This document shows, in pieces, positions 37,808 to 50,276 of a stretch of DNA of 64,000 nucleotides. Source of the stretch: Neoconidiobolus thromboides FSU 785 (Eukaryota; Fungi; Entomophthoromycota); the NCBI GenBank assembly GCA_025603075.1, contig MU626302.1, forward strand, positions 60,443 through 124,442, in the 5' to 3' direction. Under the pieces are notes generated by a model that saw only the letters and a list, made by a program, of their open reading frames with translations, ran no database searches and was not told the origin of the DNA. Position 1 is the first letter of the stretch. Every line of letters begins with the position of its first letter. Made by a program: the position numbers and the translations under genes.

Positions 37808-39560
37808 TTTAGAAAATGAAGAGAAAATGACGTTTAAATTCAAAAAATTTATATTGGAAAACATGTGAGTTTAAATCATTATATTTTTAAAAAACAATAA
37901 CTATTAAAACTATCATTGTTTTATTTAACTTGATATATATGTAATGTAAAATCCTATTTATATACATTTTATAGTAATATTTTACTTAAGTTCTTAAAGA
38001 ATTCCTAAGATTTTTTTACATTTATGAAGGTCTAGGAGTCCTAAATAAGAGCTACTTTTAAATAAAGTCAAATGAATCTCCACTGAACTGAACTTATTGT
38101 CAGAGTGTCTTATTAAATATTATTCAATCACTTAGTCATAATGAGGAGTACATTTTATTTAAGTAATCGAAGAAACTTAGATAAAGAAATATCAGAAGGA
38201 AATTTGAATGTTTGTGAGTTTTTTGACAGGCGGCTCAAATTTATACTGCTTTAAAAAGTAGAGTCTCTTTGATAAATATCTAATCCATTTTGGGCTTACC
38301 AAGACCTAAACTCGAACTTCGGCTATTTATTTTTGAAATCTGTTTTTTCGATTCTTATGAAATTCTTCAAGAAATGATATATTTTGATTTGATCCAAGTA
38401 CACTAAATATTTACCAATAGTTTAATGATTGATTATATGTAGTATATTTTAAACTTTAATACAATAATTTGATACTTTAGCTTATAGCCCCTATTAAAAA
38501 ATTGAACTTTTTATAGTTGGCCTATCTTAAACCTAAGGCTTAATTTTCTTAGTCGCAATTTATTTTTTTAAACATACCAATCGAAAGAAAGGCGCGTAGG
38601 TTTATTTTAAAAAAGATACAACAAGTATAAGAACAAATCTATGGAGGAGAGCAGGAGAAAGATCCCAGGAAGAAGTATTATTATCTATTTAAAGCCACTT
38701 TTTGATTACAAAGTAACCATAAGAGCATGTTTCGCTCCACGTTTAAGCATAATTTTCAATTCCAGAAACATTCTTTAAAGTGAAGGAGGTGATTCCATGA
38801 ACTTGAATATCATATTATAAAAAGCCCAATGGATGAGCCACACCACTGAGGCGGAATATTTATAAATTCCTAGTAGAATATTTTCAAATAAAAACAAAAT
38901 AGCCTTTATTTGCCTATACTTTTTTCACGATATGAGTTAATAGTTAGATTATAATTTACTAGTAAAACACTTTTAACAATTAGTCTTATTAGCTTAGTCG
39001 ATTTGATTTTTTATCTCATTTTAATGTTAGCAATTAAGTAATTAAACACCGAAACTGGGATCAGCAAGTAATAGGTAAACTAATCCAAAATATTAACAAA
39101 CTTTTGTTATGTTTGTAGTCGTCATAACGCTATCGTATAGAAATCTAACATATAACCTTTATGATAACAAAGTGCTTATTATTCTTTAAAATCTATTCCA
39201 AATAAGCTATATGATTGTGAACAAATATTAAATTTCCCGCTTATAGAAAGCAATAGTCAATATGTATGTTAGTGTATGCCCCAATTTGGTATAAAGAGGG
39301 TTTCTTTAAAAGCAGTAAATGGGGTGGAGTTATCAATCACCCAGGTGCGTAGCATATAAAATAAGAAGTTATAAACCTTGTGTCATCTAAATTTACTATA
39401 TATAAGAATATAAGAACATAGTGGTTAACTATCCAATCAAAACAACAAACCGTACCCTAGCTTAAACCACATATATAAATAAACAAAAGCATTCATGATT
39501 CAACTTTGTTTTCAATTAAAAACTAATTTCTTCTTTTTCATCTCTTCTTTAGTATAAGTA

Positions 39561-40274
39561 ATGAAACTTCCTTTGATCCTTTTGTTAATTAATACAATAG
39601 CAGGCTTAAAATGTGGATGCTGCAATGATAATTGTGAAGCTCTTGGTATGTTTACTAGTATGAATAACATACCTGCTAAATGTACACGTAAAAATGCGAT
39701 TGGTTGTGTAGCTAGTGGTGATTTTCGTCATTGTATAAAAAATGGAGGTGGGGCTTGTGTTCTTGTAAGTACCGATGGTAGTGCATTTTGTCCTGAATTG
39801 GATCATTACTATCCTTCAGATGGAAGAACTGATAGTACTTCTTTATCAGTAATTGATGGCTCCGATGTAAAAGTTGAGAAAAAGGAAGAAAAGTCAGTGA
39901 CTGATAACAAAAATCAAGACAGTAATGCTACTAAAATTACAGAGCCCAAAGATGTTAAGAGTGATACTAAAGTTCCAGAGACCACAAAAACTCAGGATGA
40001 TGATCAAATTAAACCAAAGGAAACTGGTAAGAAAGCTGAAAGTGAAGTAAAAAGTGAATCCGAGGCTACTGAATCAAATGATATAGGGTCTAGTAAAACT
40101 GATAAGGAGACCAGTACCGGTAAAGTATCATTAACTAATAGAAAAGAAAGTAGTACTAGTAAAAGTGCAGTTACTACAAGTCCAAGTGGATCTGGAGCTA
40201 TCAGAACAATTAATATTAGCTTTGTTAATCAAGAATTAATCTTAGCTTTACTTTTGACTGTTTTTATGGGGTAA
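39561..40274 (+). CDS. Secreted Cys-rich, probably GPI-anchored cell-surface protein
   Basis: Signal peptide, 9-Cys N-terminal domain, K/E/S/T-rich stalk, and C-terminal small-residue site plus hydrophobic tail (SPSGSGA...LILALLLTVFMG). Confidence 0.8.
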   Translation: MKLPLILLLINTIAGLKCGCCNDNCEALGMFTSMNNIPAKCTRKNAIGCVASGDFRHCIKNGGGACVLVSTDGSAFCPELDHYYPSDGRTDSTSLSVIDGSDVKVEKKEEKSVTDNKNQDSNATKITEPKDVKSDTKVPETTKTQDDDQIKPKETGKKAESEVKSESEATESNDIGSSKTDKETSTGKVSLTNRKESSTSKSAVTTSPSGSGAIRTINISFVNQELILALLLTVFMG

Positions 40275-40787
40275 AAGATAAATTTGTTAAAACATTGTTA
40301 ATTAGTACTTAAATTAAATAATTTTTAAGTATTTATGTTATTGATATATTATATTTTTTAAATTAATAAATTTAAAAATGTCTATTTAGCTGTATTATTT
40401 TAATGTCAGTTTTAAACTGGATTGTTAATCTTACATATTAAATATCCCTAACCAGCTGTTTGATACTCATAAATAGTATATTAGTTTTATTAAAATTGGA
40501 ATTCAATACCCAGTTACTATTTATGAAGTTTATTAGGTGCTAATGCTTGTGCCATTTGGTGGTAAAACGGTTAATAGCAAAAATAATTTGATATGGAGAT
40601 AATACTCATTTATTAAACCATTTTGAAGTGCTTTTTTATATATCTTAATAGTTATAAGTTATTGATAGTCTAATTTTAGAATTATTATAATCAATATTAT
40701 TTATTATAAGGCTATTTTTTTAAACAAAAGAAAGAAGTCAAGTAGAATAATAACTCATGGTAGTTTATTTACAATAAAGATACATAT

Positions 40788-40886
40788 ATGGGGGTGTTTT
40801 TTTAATTTCATCACTTTTCCATTTCTTAAGCATTATTTGAGTGAAAAAGTTAGTAAAATTCTTTACAAAAGTACATCTGTCCCCAT
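40788..40886 (+). mobile_element. MITE-like element, copy 7
   Basis: ta|TGGGGGTGTTTTTTT...CACTTTTCCATTTCTTAAG...GAGTGAAAAAGTTAGTAAAATTCTT...CCCCA|ta. Confidence 0.8.
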
Positions 40887-42160
40887 ACGATCTTATTATT
40901 TAAAAATAAAACAAACGAGTATATAAGATAAGTACAAATTGAATAGTGAAGTTAATTGATTTAATTTTAGATAAAAAATAACTGAATTATAAGAGTACAA
41001 AAATCACATAACTTTGTGACCTGTTAAATATTAAATACTAAACATTAATATAATTTAAAATTAAGTAGGGATATTTCAATATAAATTCTTGTAATCAATC
41101 GGAAGTATTAGATACTGTTTAAGCTGAATAAAGAAAAAAATCTTTTTAAGATTAAGTTCATAGATGTAGAATTATAAAGCTTTTATTTGTAAGTATGATA
41201 TTATAGTAAAAATACTAATTATCAATCAAAATAAATTCAACAGTACAATAAGTACAAGTTAAAAAAATGGCCTAGAATTTTTTAATCACTTGAATTACTT
41301 TCTCCTTTATTTTTCTCGGTAGTTAAAATGCCTAAAGTTACATTCATCTTCAATAATTCAATAACTCAATAGCCCCCCCCAAAAAAACACAAAATCGAAA
41401 GAGGCAAATAAAATATTAAATTTCAACTAATTTATTTTGAATCATTTTTGTAAAATTTATAAATAATTAATTGAATTTAAAATAAGTGGTTTTAGAAAAC
41501 AATCATTGCTATATTTAGTGAAAAGATTAAGAAAATTAAATAAATACAACTTGTATTGAAAGTATGCTTTTTATTACAACATTTAAAAGTACCCTTATAA
41601 TATAATACTCAATATATCTAATACTAAAATATATACAATTTTGTGTCTATTAGATCTCAACAAAGAAAGTTGGTATTGTAAAATCTATTTTAATGCTTTA
41701 AATTTTGAGTAAATTAATAAAATTTAACTTTATTTCGAAGCTTCTTAATTGAATAGTAATTTACCACTATTATTGAAACTATAGGTCAAACCCTTTCAAT
41801 AGCTAATTCTTCTTGCCCCACTCATTATAATCTAAAACAAATAAATATAGAATTGAATATTATTACTTTCATCATATCTAAATTAATTAATTTAAGAATT
41901 TTCCATTTTCTTAATATTCAATTATCTTAGTTTCTAGTCTTAATTAATAATTTAGTTAACTTAAATTACACAAATTAAGTAGTTTGTATCTCAATAATAT
42001 TCATGTCTGTTGAATATTATATCATTGACTAAACCTAATCGTAGTATTGTTCAAAAAGAAGAGTATAAAAAGAGCTCATTTGACTTTGAATTAAAATTAT
42101 CGGTTTTTAACACTGACTAATAGGCTTTTCATCAACTTTAATAGCTCTCCAGTTCCACAC

Positions 42161-43648
42161 ATGTTAGACGAATACACTTGGTTGTTTGCGGTAACGGTTA
42201 TAGTAGCCTTTATTGATGCTTATGGTATTGGGGCTAACGATGTAGCTAATTCATTCTCAACTTCGGTAGGATCCAGATCGATAACCTTAAAACAAGCATG
42301 TGTGATTGCTGTGTTTACTGAATTTTTTGGTGCCTTTTTGTTAGGAGCAGAAACCGCATCCACTATATCAAAGTCAATTATTGATATTTCTAATTTTGAA
42401 AAAAATCCACCTTTATTAATGTTAGCTATGTTTTGTGCCTTAGTTGGTTCTTCTACTTGGACTTTAATTGCTACTCGTTTAGGTTGGCCAGTATCAACTA
42501 CCCACGCTATTGTTGGTGCTGTAATTGGTGTTGGTATTGCTGGTTTTGGACCACAATCCGTTATCTGGGGTTATGATGGGGTAGCTAAAATTGTAACTTC
42601 TTGGTTTGTATCCCCAGTAACTGCAGGTATTGTTGCCAGTATTATATTTTTAGTGACCAAACATTTAGTTTTAAAACATGAAAACTCGTTTGAACGTGGT
42701 TTAAAAGCTATTCCAATTTATTTTGGTTTAACTGCAGCTATTAATATATTTTATGTTATATTCAAAAATGGTAAAGGCACTAAATCTTTAAATATACCTG
42801 TATTAGCTGGTATTACCGTGGGTGTTTCTGTAGCTGTAGCCATCTTTTGTTGGTTTTTTATTGTACCTTATTTACGTCGTAAACTTAAAAATGATGAAAA
42901 TTTAAAATGGTATCATATTCCAATTATGCCATTTGTTGGTCCACAACCAAAGAGATCAGACATTTCTCCTGAGGTACCTAAAGAGAAAACATATGATGAA
43001 GAAGTAGAACCTGTTACTTTCTTTGGAAAAATTAAAAGAGCATTAACTAAAGGTGTATCTACCGATATTCATAAAGTAGAAAGTGATCATGTTCAGGAAG
43101 TTATGGATTCAGCTGTTAGATATGATAATGATACAGAATATATGTATTCTACTTTACAAGTGATTACTGCTTGTATGGCTTCATTTGCACATGGTTCTAA
43201 TGATGTAGCTAATGCTATTGGTCCATTATCTGTTGTTTATAATATTTGGCAAAGTGGTACTATTAATAAAGAAATACCAGTACCATTATGGGTAGTTGTA
43301 TTTGGTGGTATTGCTATTGATTTAGGATTATGTACTTATGGTTACAATATATTCAAAGCATTGGGCACAAAGATTACTTATGTTTCTCCATCAAGAGGGT
43401 TTTCAATGGAATTAGGTACTTCATTGACTGTTATTACAGCTTCTAAAATTGGTCTACCTGTTTCTACTACTCATTGTATTACTGGAGCTACAGCTGCAGT
43501 TGGTCTTTGTAATGGTTCAGCTTCTTCTCTTAATTGGAGAATGTTAGGTTGGTGCTTTTTCTCTTGGTTTTTGACTTTACCTTTCTCTGGCTTAACTGCG
43601 GGTATCATGTTCTTCCTTTGTTCTCGTTCTCCTTCCCTTATGGCTTAA
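42161..43648 (+). CDS. PHO89: PiT-family (Na+)/phosphate symporter (intronless)
   Basis: Two PiT signature halves, GIGANDVANSF and HGSNDVANAIGP; GWPVSTTH and GLPVSTTH; multiple TMs. Confidence 0.95.
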   Translation: MLDEYTWLFAVTVIVAFIDAYGIGANDVANSFSTSVGSRSITLKQACVIAVFTEFFGAFLLGAETASTISKSIIDISNFEKNPPLLMLAMFCALVGSSTWTLIATRLGWPVSTTHAIVGAVIGVGIAGFGPQSVIWGYDGVAKIVTSWFVSPVTAGIVASIIFLVTKHLVLKHENSFERGLKAIPIYFGLTAAINIFYVIFKNGKGTKSLNIPVLAGITVGVSVAVAIFCWFFIVPYLRRKLKNDENLKWYHIPIMPFVGPQPKRSDISPEVPKEKTYDEEVEPVTFFGKIKRALTKGVSTDIHKVESDHVQEVMDSAVRYDNDTEYMYSTLQVITACMASFAHGSNDVANAIGPLSVVYNIWQSGTINKEIPVPLWVVVFGGIAIDLGLCTYGYNIFKALGTKITYVSPSRGFSMELGTSLTVITASKIGLPVSTTHCITGATAAVGLCNGSASSLNWRMLGWCFFSWFLTLPFSGLTAGIMFFLCSRSPSLMA

Positions 43649-43822
43649 TTGTACTTTTTTAATCATTTATTAATGTTAATTTAAATTAATTGATTTGATT
43701 TAAATTTCAAGTATTCCTTTTTTACTTAACCATCTCCTTCTTATTAATAGTATCAAATAATAGATTAATCATTTAAAAATAAATTTGATTTTATTAAATA
43801 TTAATTTTTATTTTAATATTAT

Positions 43823-43920
43823 ATGGGGATGTATTTTTGTATTTAAGAATTTTACTGACAATTTTTCCACATAAATAGCACTTAAAAAATGGAAAAATAA
43901 TGAAAAAAAAACAACCCCAT
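43823..43920 (-). mobile_element. MITE-like element, copy 8 (reverse orientation), between convergent PHO89 and trypsin 3' ends
   Basis: ta|TGGGGATGTATTTTTG...TTTTTCCACATAAATAGCACTTAAAAAATGGAAAAATAATG...ACAACCCCA|ta is the reverse complement of the consensus. Confidence 0.85.
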
Positions 43921-43990
43921 ATATTTTTATGTTAAATGTCGAATTTATAAATAACTTTCATTTTTAAATTATTACTTTTATTTAATTAAA

Positions 43991-44023
<33 letters not shown>
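43991..44023. repeat. (TAT)n microsatellite directly after the trypsin stop codon
   Basis: About 11 consecutive TAT units read directly. Confidence 0.9.
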
Positions 44024-44024
<1 letters not shown>

Positions 44025-45201
44025 TAAACATTAGTATTACTCATTAAATAAGCGATGGGAGTATGAATTGGACTATTATTATCATTATCATTATTATTCG
44101 GTTCTTTTTTCATTGATGTGTTATTCTTGTCATTGATATTAATATCTAAATTATCATTCTGATCAATAGAAATTGGATTTTGTTGTTGCAGATTTAAACT
44201 TAAATTAGAATGTTCTTTAATCCAACTTTCAAAATAAGATGCTCTTACATAAACCTAAATAATTAAAATAGTTAAGTATTAATATATATCAAATAATATT
44301 AATAACTTAATAATAAAATAAACTTACCGTTGGTGTATTTGCTTTTGCGCATGGGTCACCAAAACTCGTTAGACCAACCAAATAATATTGTCCATCTTCT
44401 TCATAAAATAAAGGACCACCAGAGTCTCCTTTACATGTATCTAATAATTAATTAAAATCATATTAACATTCCCATTAAGAAATTTATCTACCTCTTCTAC
44501 CTTCTGGCCAACCAGCACACACCTGGGTATCAATATTAATATCCACTCCTCTTTTATTCCATAATTTATGACATTTGGATTGTTCTACTAAAGGTACTTC
44601 TACTTGCATTAAAGTAGATGAACCTGGACCTCCTGTTTTTACCCAACCCCATCCTAAAGCAGTAACTAATTTATTACTATTTTCACCAGGCACACTACTA
44701 TGATCATTTAATGGAGCTAATCGAATTTTATTATTTAATCGAAAATTTGTATTCTTTTCTAGTTCCCAAATAGCAACTAATAATAATAAATTAATATTCA
44801 TTCATTAATAATTTTCAGTTACTAAACTTACTATCATGCTCTTTATGTACTGTCCTTTTAATTACTTCTAAAGAAAATCCATTTTCCCTTTCATTACTCA
44901 TTTTTAAATTATGTCGATGAGCTAAGATTTTAAATTCTCGATTATTTCCAGATTTGGAACAATGGGCTGCTGTTATCATATAAGTTTCACTCAATAATAC
45001 ACCTCCACAAAAGGAACCTCCATTGCGTCGTATGGCAGCCATCCACGGATATTTAAAGAAGGGTTTGACTTCTACACCGTTAATGATGCGGGAATCATAC
45101 CGTGGACGATCTTTGATGATGTTAGTGAGGTTGTTGAGGGGGGATTGGGCAAGTAAGGGGTGAAGTATTAAAAGTATAGTAAGATTGTAAAGAGATAACA
45201 T
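44024..45201 (-). CDS. Secreted trypsin-like serine protease (S1A), 4 exons, Asn-rich C-terminal extension
   Basis: Signal/propeptide, R|IINGVEV activation site, CGGVL, TAAHC, HD|IAIW, GWG, R|DTCKGDSGGP, VGLTSFG. Confidence 0.92.
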
Positions 45202-45686
45202 GTAGTAAAGTATATTAGATTAAAATTTTATAAAAAGAAAAATGATTAATAATAATTAGAGTTTTATTTCAAAAAAATTGACAAATTTTATGAAGTAATT
45301 TTAGAGATTTATAATCGATGATCATTGTTAAAGTTTAGCAAAATAGGGATAATTAAGTCCAAGTTTATTAAGTTTATTAAGCTTATTAAGTTTACTTTAT
45401 TTTTCTCATTCAATTCAAATATTTTTTATGTTCAATTGAGAATATCTAACGTTTTAAATTTCCATTTTAAATATTTGAAATTGTTTTTCAAAAAAAGCAG
45501 TAATTCTTATCATTAAAGGTAATATTCATTAACTTAATTTCTTTTTAATTTTATAAGTTATTAATAACAAATTTAATTGAATAATACAGTAAAGTATTGA
45601 ATTTTAAAATCTTATTAGTTTCGTGGATTTAGCTATTATTTATTATGCTAAATCAGTTTGAAATTTCACAAAATTAAGATTAATAT

Positions 45687-45784
45687 ATGGGGGTGTTTTT
45701 GGCTTCATTGTTTTTTCCACTTTTTAAACACTATTTGAGCGGAAAAATTGTTAGTGAAATTCTTACACAAAAATACATCCCCAT
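45687..45784 (+). mobile_element. MITE-like element, copy 9
   Basis: ta|TGGGGGTGTTTTTGG...TTTTTTCCACTTTTTAAACACTATTTGAGCGGAAAAA...AAAAATACATCCCCA|ta. Confidence 0.85.
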
Positions 45785-47917
45785 ATATAAAAAATTACTA
45801 AATATAGACAAATTATTTTTTTAAATTTCTATCAATTTTTTCATTTAAATAAGGCCATAGAAAATAAATATAAACAAGAATGAGGGCTACAAAAGACATC
45901 AGCTACCTAAAATCCAACTTAAATATAGAAATACACTTTAGCTTTTATTTAAATTATATAAAAAATTTAAAGAATAGTAATTTTTAATAGTATAGTATAA
46001 TGTAAAAATCTCAATTCAGTTTAATAATAATATATTTAGAGAATATTAAAGAAAAATTAAAGGACTGAAAGTTATGTTTTATTACCTTATAGTTTTTCAG
46101 AAGTAACAATATTTTATTAAATTATTAATTTTCAATATTCCAACTTAATTAGTCTTGGTATTTTAGAAAGATCAAATTGATTTTCTAATAAAGAAAAGGT
46201 ATTATGTAATGGCAATTGATATATTAGGATAAGGGAATGTTTTTTTAGTTTCATTATTTTTACCAAATGTTCTCAATAAAATCAAGTATTCATTATGTTG
46301 ACGATTAGCGCACTAAGATGCTTTAAAGAGTATATATTATTTTTTAATACTAAATAGCTTATGAGAGCAATATCAAGTTTTTAATTTTGATTAACGAAAT
46401 TCTTTGAAACTCCTCAGTCATCAGAACTACACTTTAAAAGTGCTAAATTTCTTGTCACTAATTTGATCTTGCTTACCCTTTTTAAGCTATTAAACGATTA
46501 ATATGAATATATCCTCTCAGTTCAAGAGTAACATTTAACCAATAAAGTGCAAGTTTGGCTAATTTTTTTAGATTTTACAACTACTGTAATTCTATCAAAC
46601 CTAGTTAATTGTTCGTCTAAGGATAAGATTTTGCTAAATAATATAAAGCCTATACTATGCTTTAAAAAACAAACTAAATAGTTAGCTATAAAAGTTACCG
46701 AAAACTAAGTTCAATAGGGTTACAGGAGCTGTGTTGATCAAATGTTGTGCTGACTAAATGTTATTTTTCGCAGTTTCATCCTAGGGAGTTAACTGTAGAC
46801 AAATTCTATGAAAATTAGTGACGTTCAAAGGGTTGATATTATCACATTTGTTATATTGGCTTGACTGAAATAAATAGTAGCTACTAAATTACAAACCAAT
46901 AATCTCAATCAAAAGTTAATTAGCGCTTATTAGTTTCTTGATAACTAATACACAGGTAAATAGATTGAATACATGCGCTCATTCAACTATCATACTATTT
47001 CTCATTATCAACATTTATTACATTCAAACAATATCAATACTTTGCTAGCTTTTCCTAATAAAAATATATACAAATTTACAATGTTAGTTCTACTATTCTG
47101 AGCTTGTACTTTAGTTACTTTTAAATGATATTTTTCCTTTTATATATTTTAGTATATTTACAATACCTAAGAATTCTATGTTGTTTCCTTGCAGTTATTC
47201 ATAGTTGGAAAATAAAAATTTGATAAAAAAATTGAACTCAGTTTTGTTATAGATATTGGAAGTAAATGTTCTATAAAGATATTGGAAGTATTTTAAATTG
47301 AAATAATAATAACTGTATAGATTTAGTCATTATTTATTCCTATAACTTTTATTTAATTTTGTTAAATTTTTGCTTATAATTACTAAATTATCGGAATTTT
47401 ATACATTTCAAAAAGGTGTAAGTTTGTGATTGAAATTGATAAAATAGATAGGTATTTAAGATTTCAATAATAATTGAAAAAGCTTTCCAACTTATTTTAG
47501 AATATAAAATAAAACATAAAGCGGTCTAACAAAAATACAGAGATTAACACTGATTCAAGAATATCAATAGAAATACTATCAACTGCTAGTTATATAGAAT
47601 TAGTGACTTTTTTGCTAATAGAAAAACCTTATAGACTTCTACTAACTTATTTTATTGATAATCAATCACTATCACTAGAAAAATCTCCAATCAACAATGA
47701 GTAATCTCTAACTTCCTAAAAAAAGCAAATTTAATTTTTTTCTAATTTCCAACTTTTTTTCTATAGCGGTAAAACTTCAGCTTATTTCCAAACTTTTGAA
47801 TTTAACAAAAATTAATAAAATTATTTGTTTCATTTTTTTGTCATTTTCATATAACAATACTTACAACTTAGTTTAATTATAATAATTAATCTGTTCAATA
47901 AATAAATTACAAAATCT

Positions 47918-49219
47918 ATGCCGAATAACTACACTACACCACCGTCTTCAGAGGATGAAGTTTTAACCTGGTACAATGTACTTTATTCTATTGGTTTCAT
48001 CCTCTTCCCCATTATCCTCTCATTCATCTTAAACCTTGGTTTATCACTTGAACTCATTATCGCCGGATTAAGATGTATATTACAACTCACTTTAATGGGT
48101 ACAGTATTGGATCAAGTATTGGGGACTACAAGTCCAATAATTGTAATAATGTTAGCATTTTGTTTAACTTGTTTAGCTAGTTTTGAGTTAGTTTATTCCA
48201 AGACAAGAAGGCAATTCAGTTTTATGGTAAACTATTTTTGATAATCTTTTTAAAAAAAGGATAGAAGCTAATGAAGCTTTTTTAGTTGCCTTTTGTTTTA
48301 TTGTCATTAACATCAAGTTGTATTGGAATTGCTATTGCAGGTAAGTTGATTGAGTATTTACTCTATTTTAATAAATCTAAATCGATGAAATAGGAAATTT
48401 ATTCGCTATTCAAGTGGATCCTTTTTGGCAGCCAGATAAATTTATCCCTACTTTTGGTATGTTGATTGGAAACTCAATGTCTGCAGTGGCTGTTGCCGTT
48501 AACTTTTGTTTAAAAGAATTAAGGTAAATTTATTTTTAAATAAAGTTAAGGCTTGATATTAAAATGATATTTATGTAGTGAAAATTCCGCTAATATTGAA
48601 GTTTATCTTTCGATGGGCGCTTCAAGATTAGAGGCTACTAATTTGTTATTAAAACAATCTATTAAATTGGCTTTATTACCTACAATTAATTCAATGAGGT
48701 AAGGATTAATAGGTTCTATATAAAAAAGTAAATAATATTAATCTCATTTATTATAGTATTATCGGCTTAATATCAATACCAGGTAAACTTTTGTTTTCAA
48801 TTTAAAAAAGACCTGGTTTTAATATATTGTAGGTATGATGACGGGCCAAATACTTGGGGGGTCTTCTGTCTCGGATGCTGTAAAATATCAACAGATTATT
48901 ATGTTTATGATTACATCGTCATGTACATTATCTGTATTATTTTCTACTTTGGTAAGTTGTTATTTATTTATTATATAACCGTTTTTATATTTTTATATAG
49001 TTTTTATTACATATATGTATTGATGATATGCATCGTATACGACCCGATAGAATTATTGAACCCAAAGCTTGGAATTTTAAAATCAAAGGGATGATGAGTC
49101 GAATTTATAGCTTTTTTACTTATCCATTTAATTGGGTTTATGACAAAATGGCAAAATCTTATGTGATAGTAGAAGAAGAAGAAGAGATAGAAAGATTACT
49201 TAGCGAACAGTATAATTAA
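47918..49219 (+). CDS. UPF0014 (FetB/YbbM/STAR2-type) membrane permease-like protein, multi-exon
   Basis: RCILQLTLMGTVL, FIPTFGMLIGNSMSAVA, YLSMGASRLEA, LLPTINSM|, GLISIP|GMMTGQILGG..V..AVKYQ.IIMFMI. Confidence 0.9.
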
Positions 49220-50276
49220 TTTTCAATCAAGTCCTTGATAATGAGGAGTGATCTTTCTTTTTTGAATATTTTGAATTTAGAGTGTTTTGAATTTGTTCTT
49301 TTGTTTCATATAATACAATCTCATATTTATAGCTTATCCTATTATTCTTTTATTTCTTTAATATAGTTTATTTTTTCAATCTATATAATATTTTAATTAC
49401 ATACTTAATCTTTAAGTTTTTATAAAAAATTCTCAAAAAAATATACATCCACTTTAATGTTTCTTAATGTACTAGTAATTAGTAAAAAATGAGGTGACTC
49501 AATAATGTTGATGATAAACTAAACTCTTTATTCAATTAATAATAAACAATTCAAAGGCTGCCTCTAAACTAGCTCTTATTACTAGTCACACTAGGTCAAG
49601 CCTCCGCGCCATATCATTGTAACTTCTCAAGAGATCAGTCAATGGCCCATGATCAGCTAGGAATTTAATAACTGTGCTGACAAAGAGCCTTATTAGTATT
49701 ATAAAGTTAAGATTTCTTGTAAGAACTTTAGTTATGAGATCAAGAGGAGCTTTTGATAATAATTCTAAAGTTTGATTAGCCAATATACAGAAATTTCTTG
49801 GATAATAATATTTGGCAGGCCCCGTAGCCAAATCACATGCTTGGGCTAATGTTTTTTAGAAACAGAGCTTTGGGATAAACCATCCTTTTGTTAATCAGTT
49901 GCTGATGATATTTGTATTCTACAAAGGATATTTGATGTAAAATAAGGAATTCAATATCACTCTTGTCTTTTTTAAATATAAAATTATATTAGGCAGAACT
50001 TTGATTAAAGGAGAATGTATTGTTATAATAATAAAAATCAAGATAAAACTTGAAATAAGTAAAACTTGTATGTTTAATTTGAAATCAATATAAAATGTTC
50101 GTTTAAAAATTGAAACTTGATGTAAATTTTGCGATAAAGTGGACTTTTTGTTGAAACTTATAATTATAATAATTAGAGCTCTCACTTAAAAAAAGTATAT
50201 GTAATAAAGCTGAGATTCAAAACAAAAACTTTCGAAACAATTAGAAAACCATAGATCATTTATTAGCACTATCATT

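Noticed and set aside
38560-38880. GC-richer segment as a transposase or recombinase remnant
   Set aside because: No catalytic motif or sustained frame could be identified.
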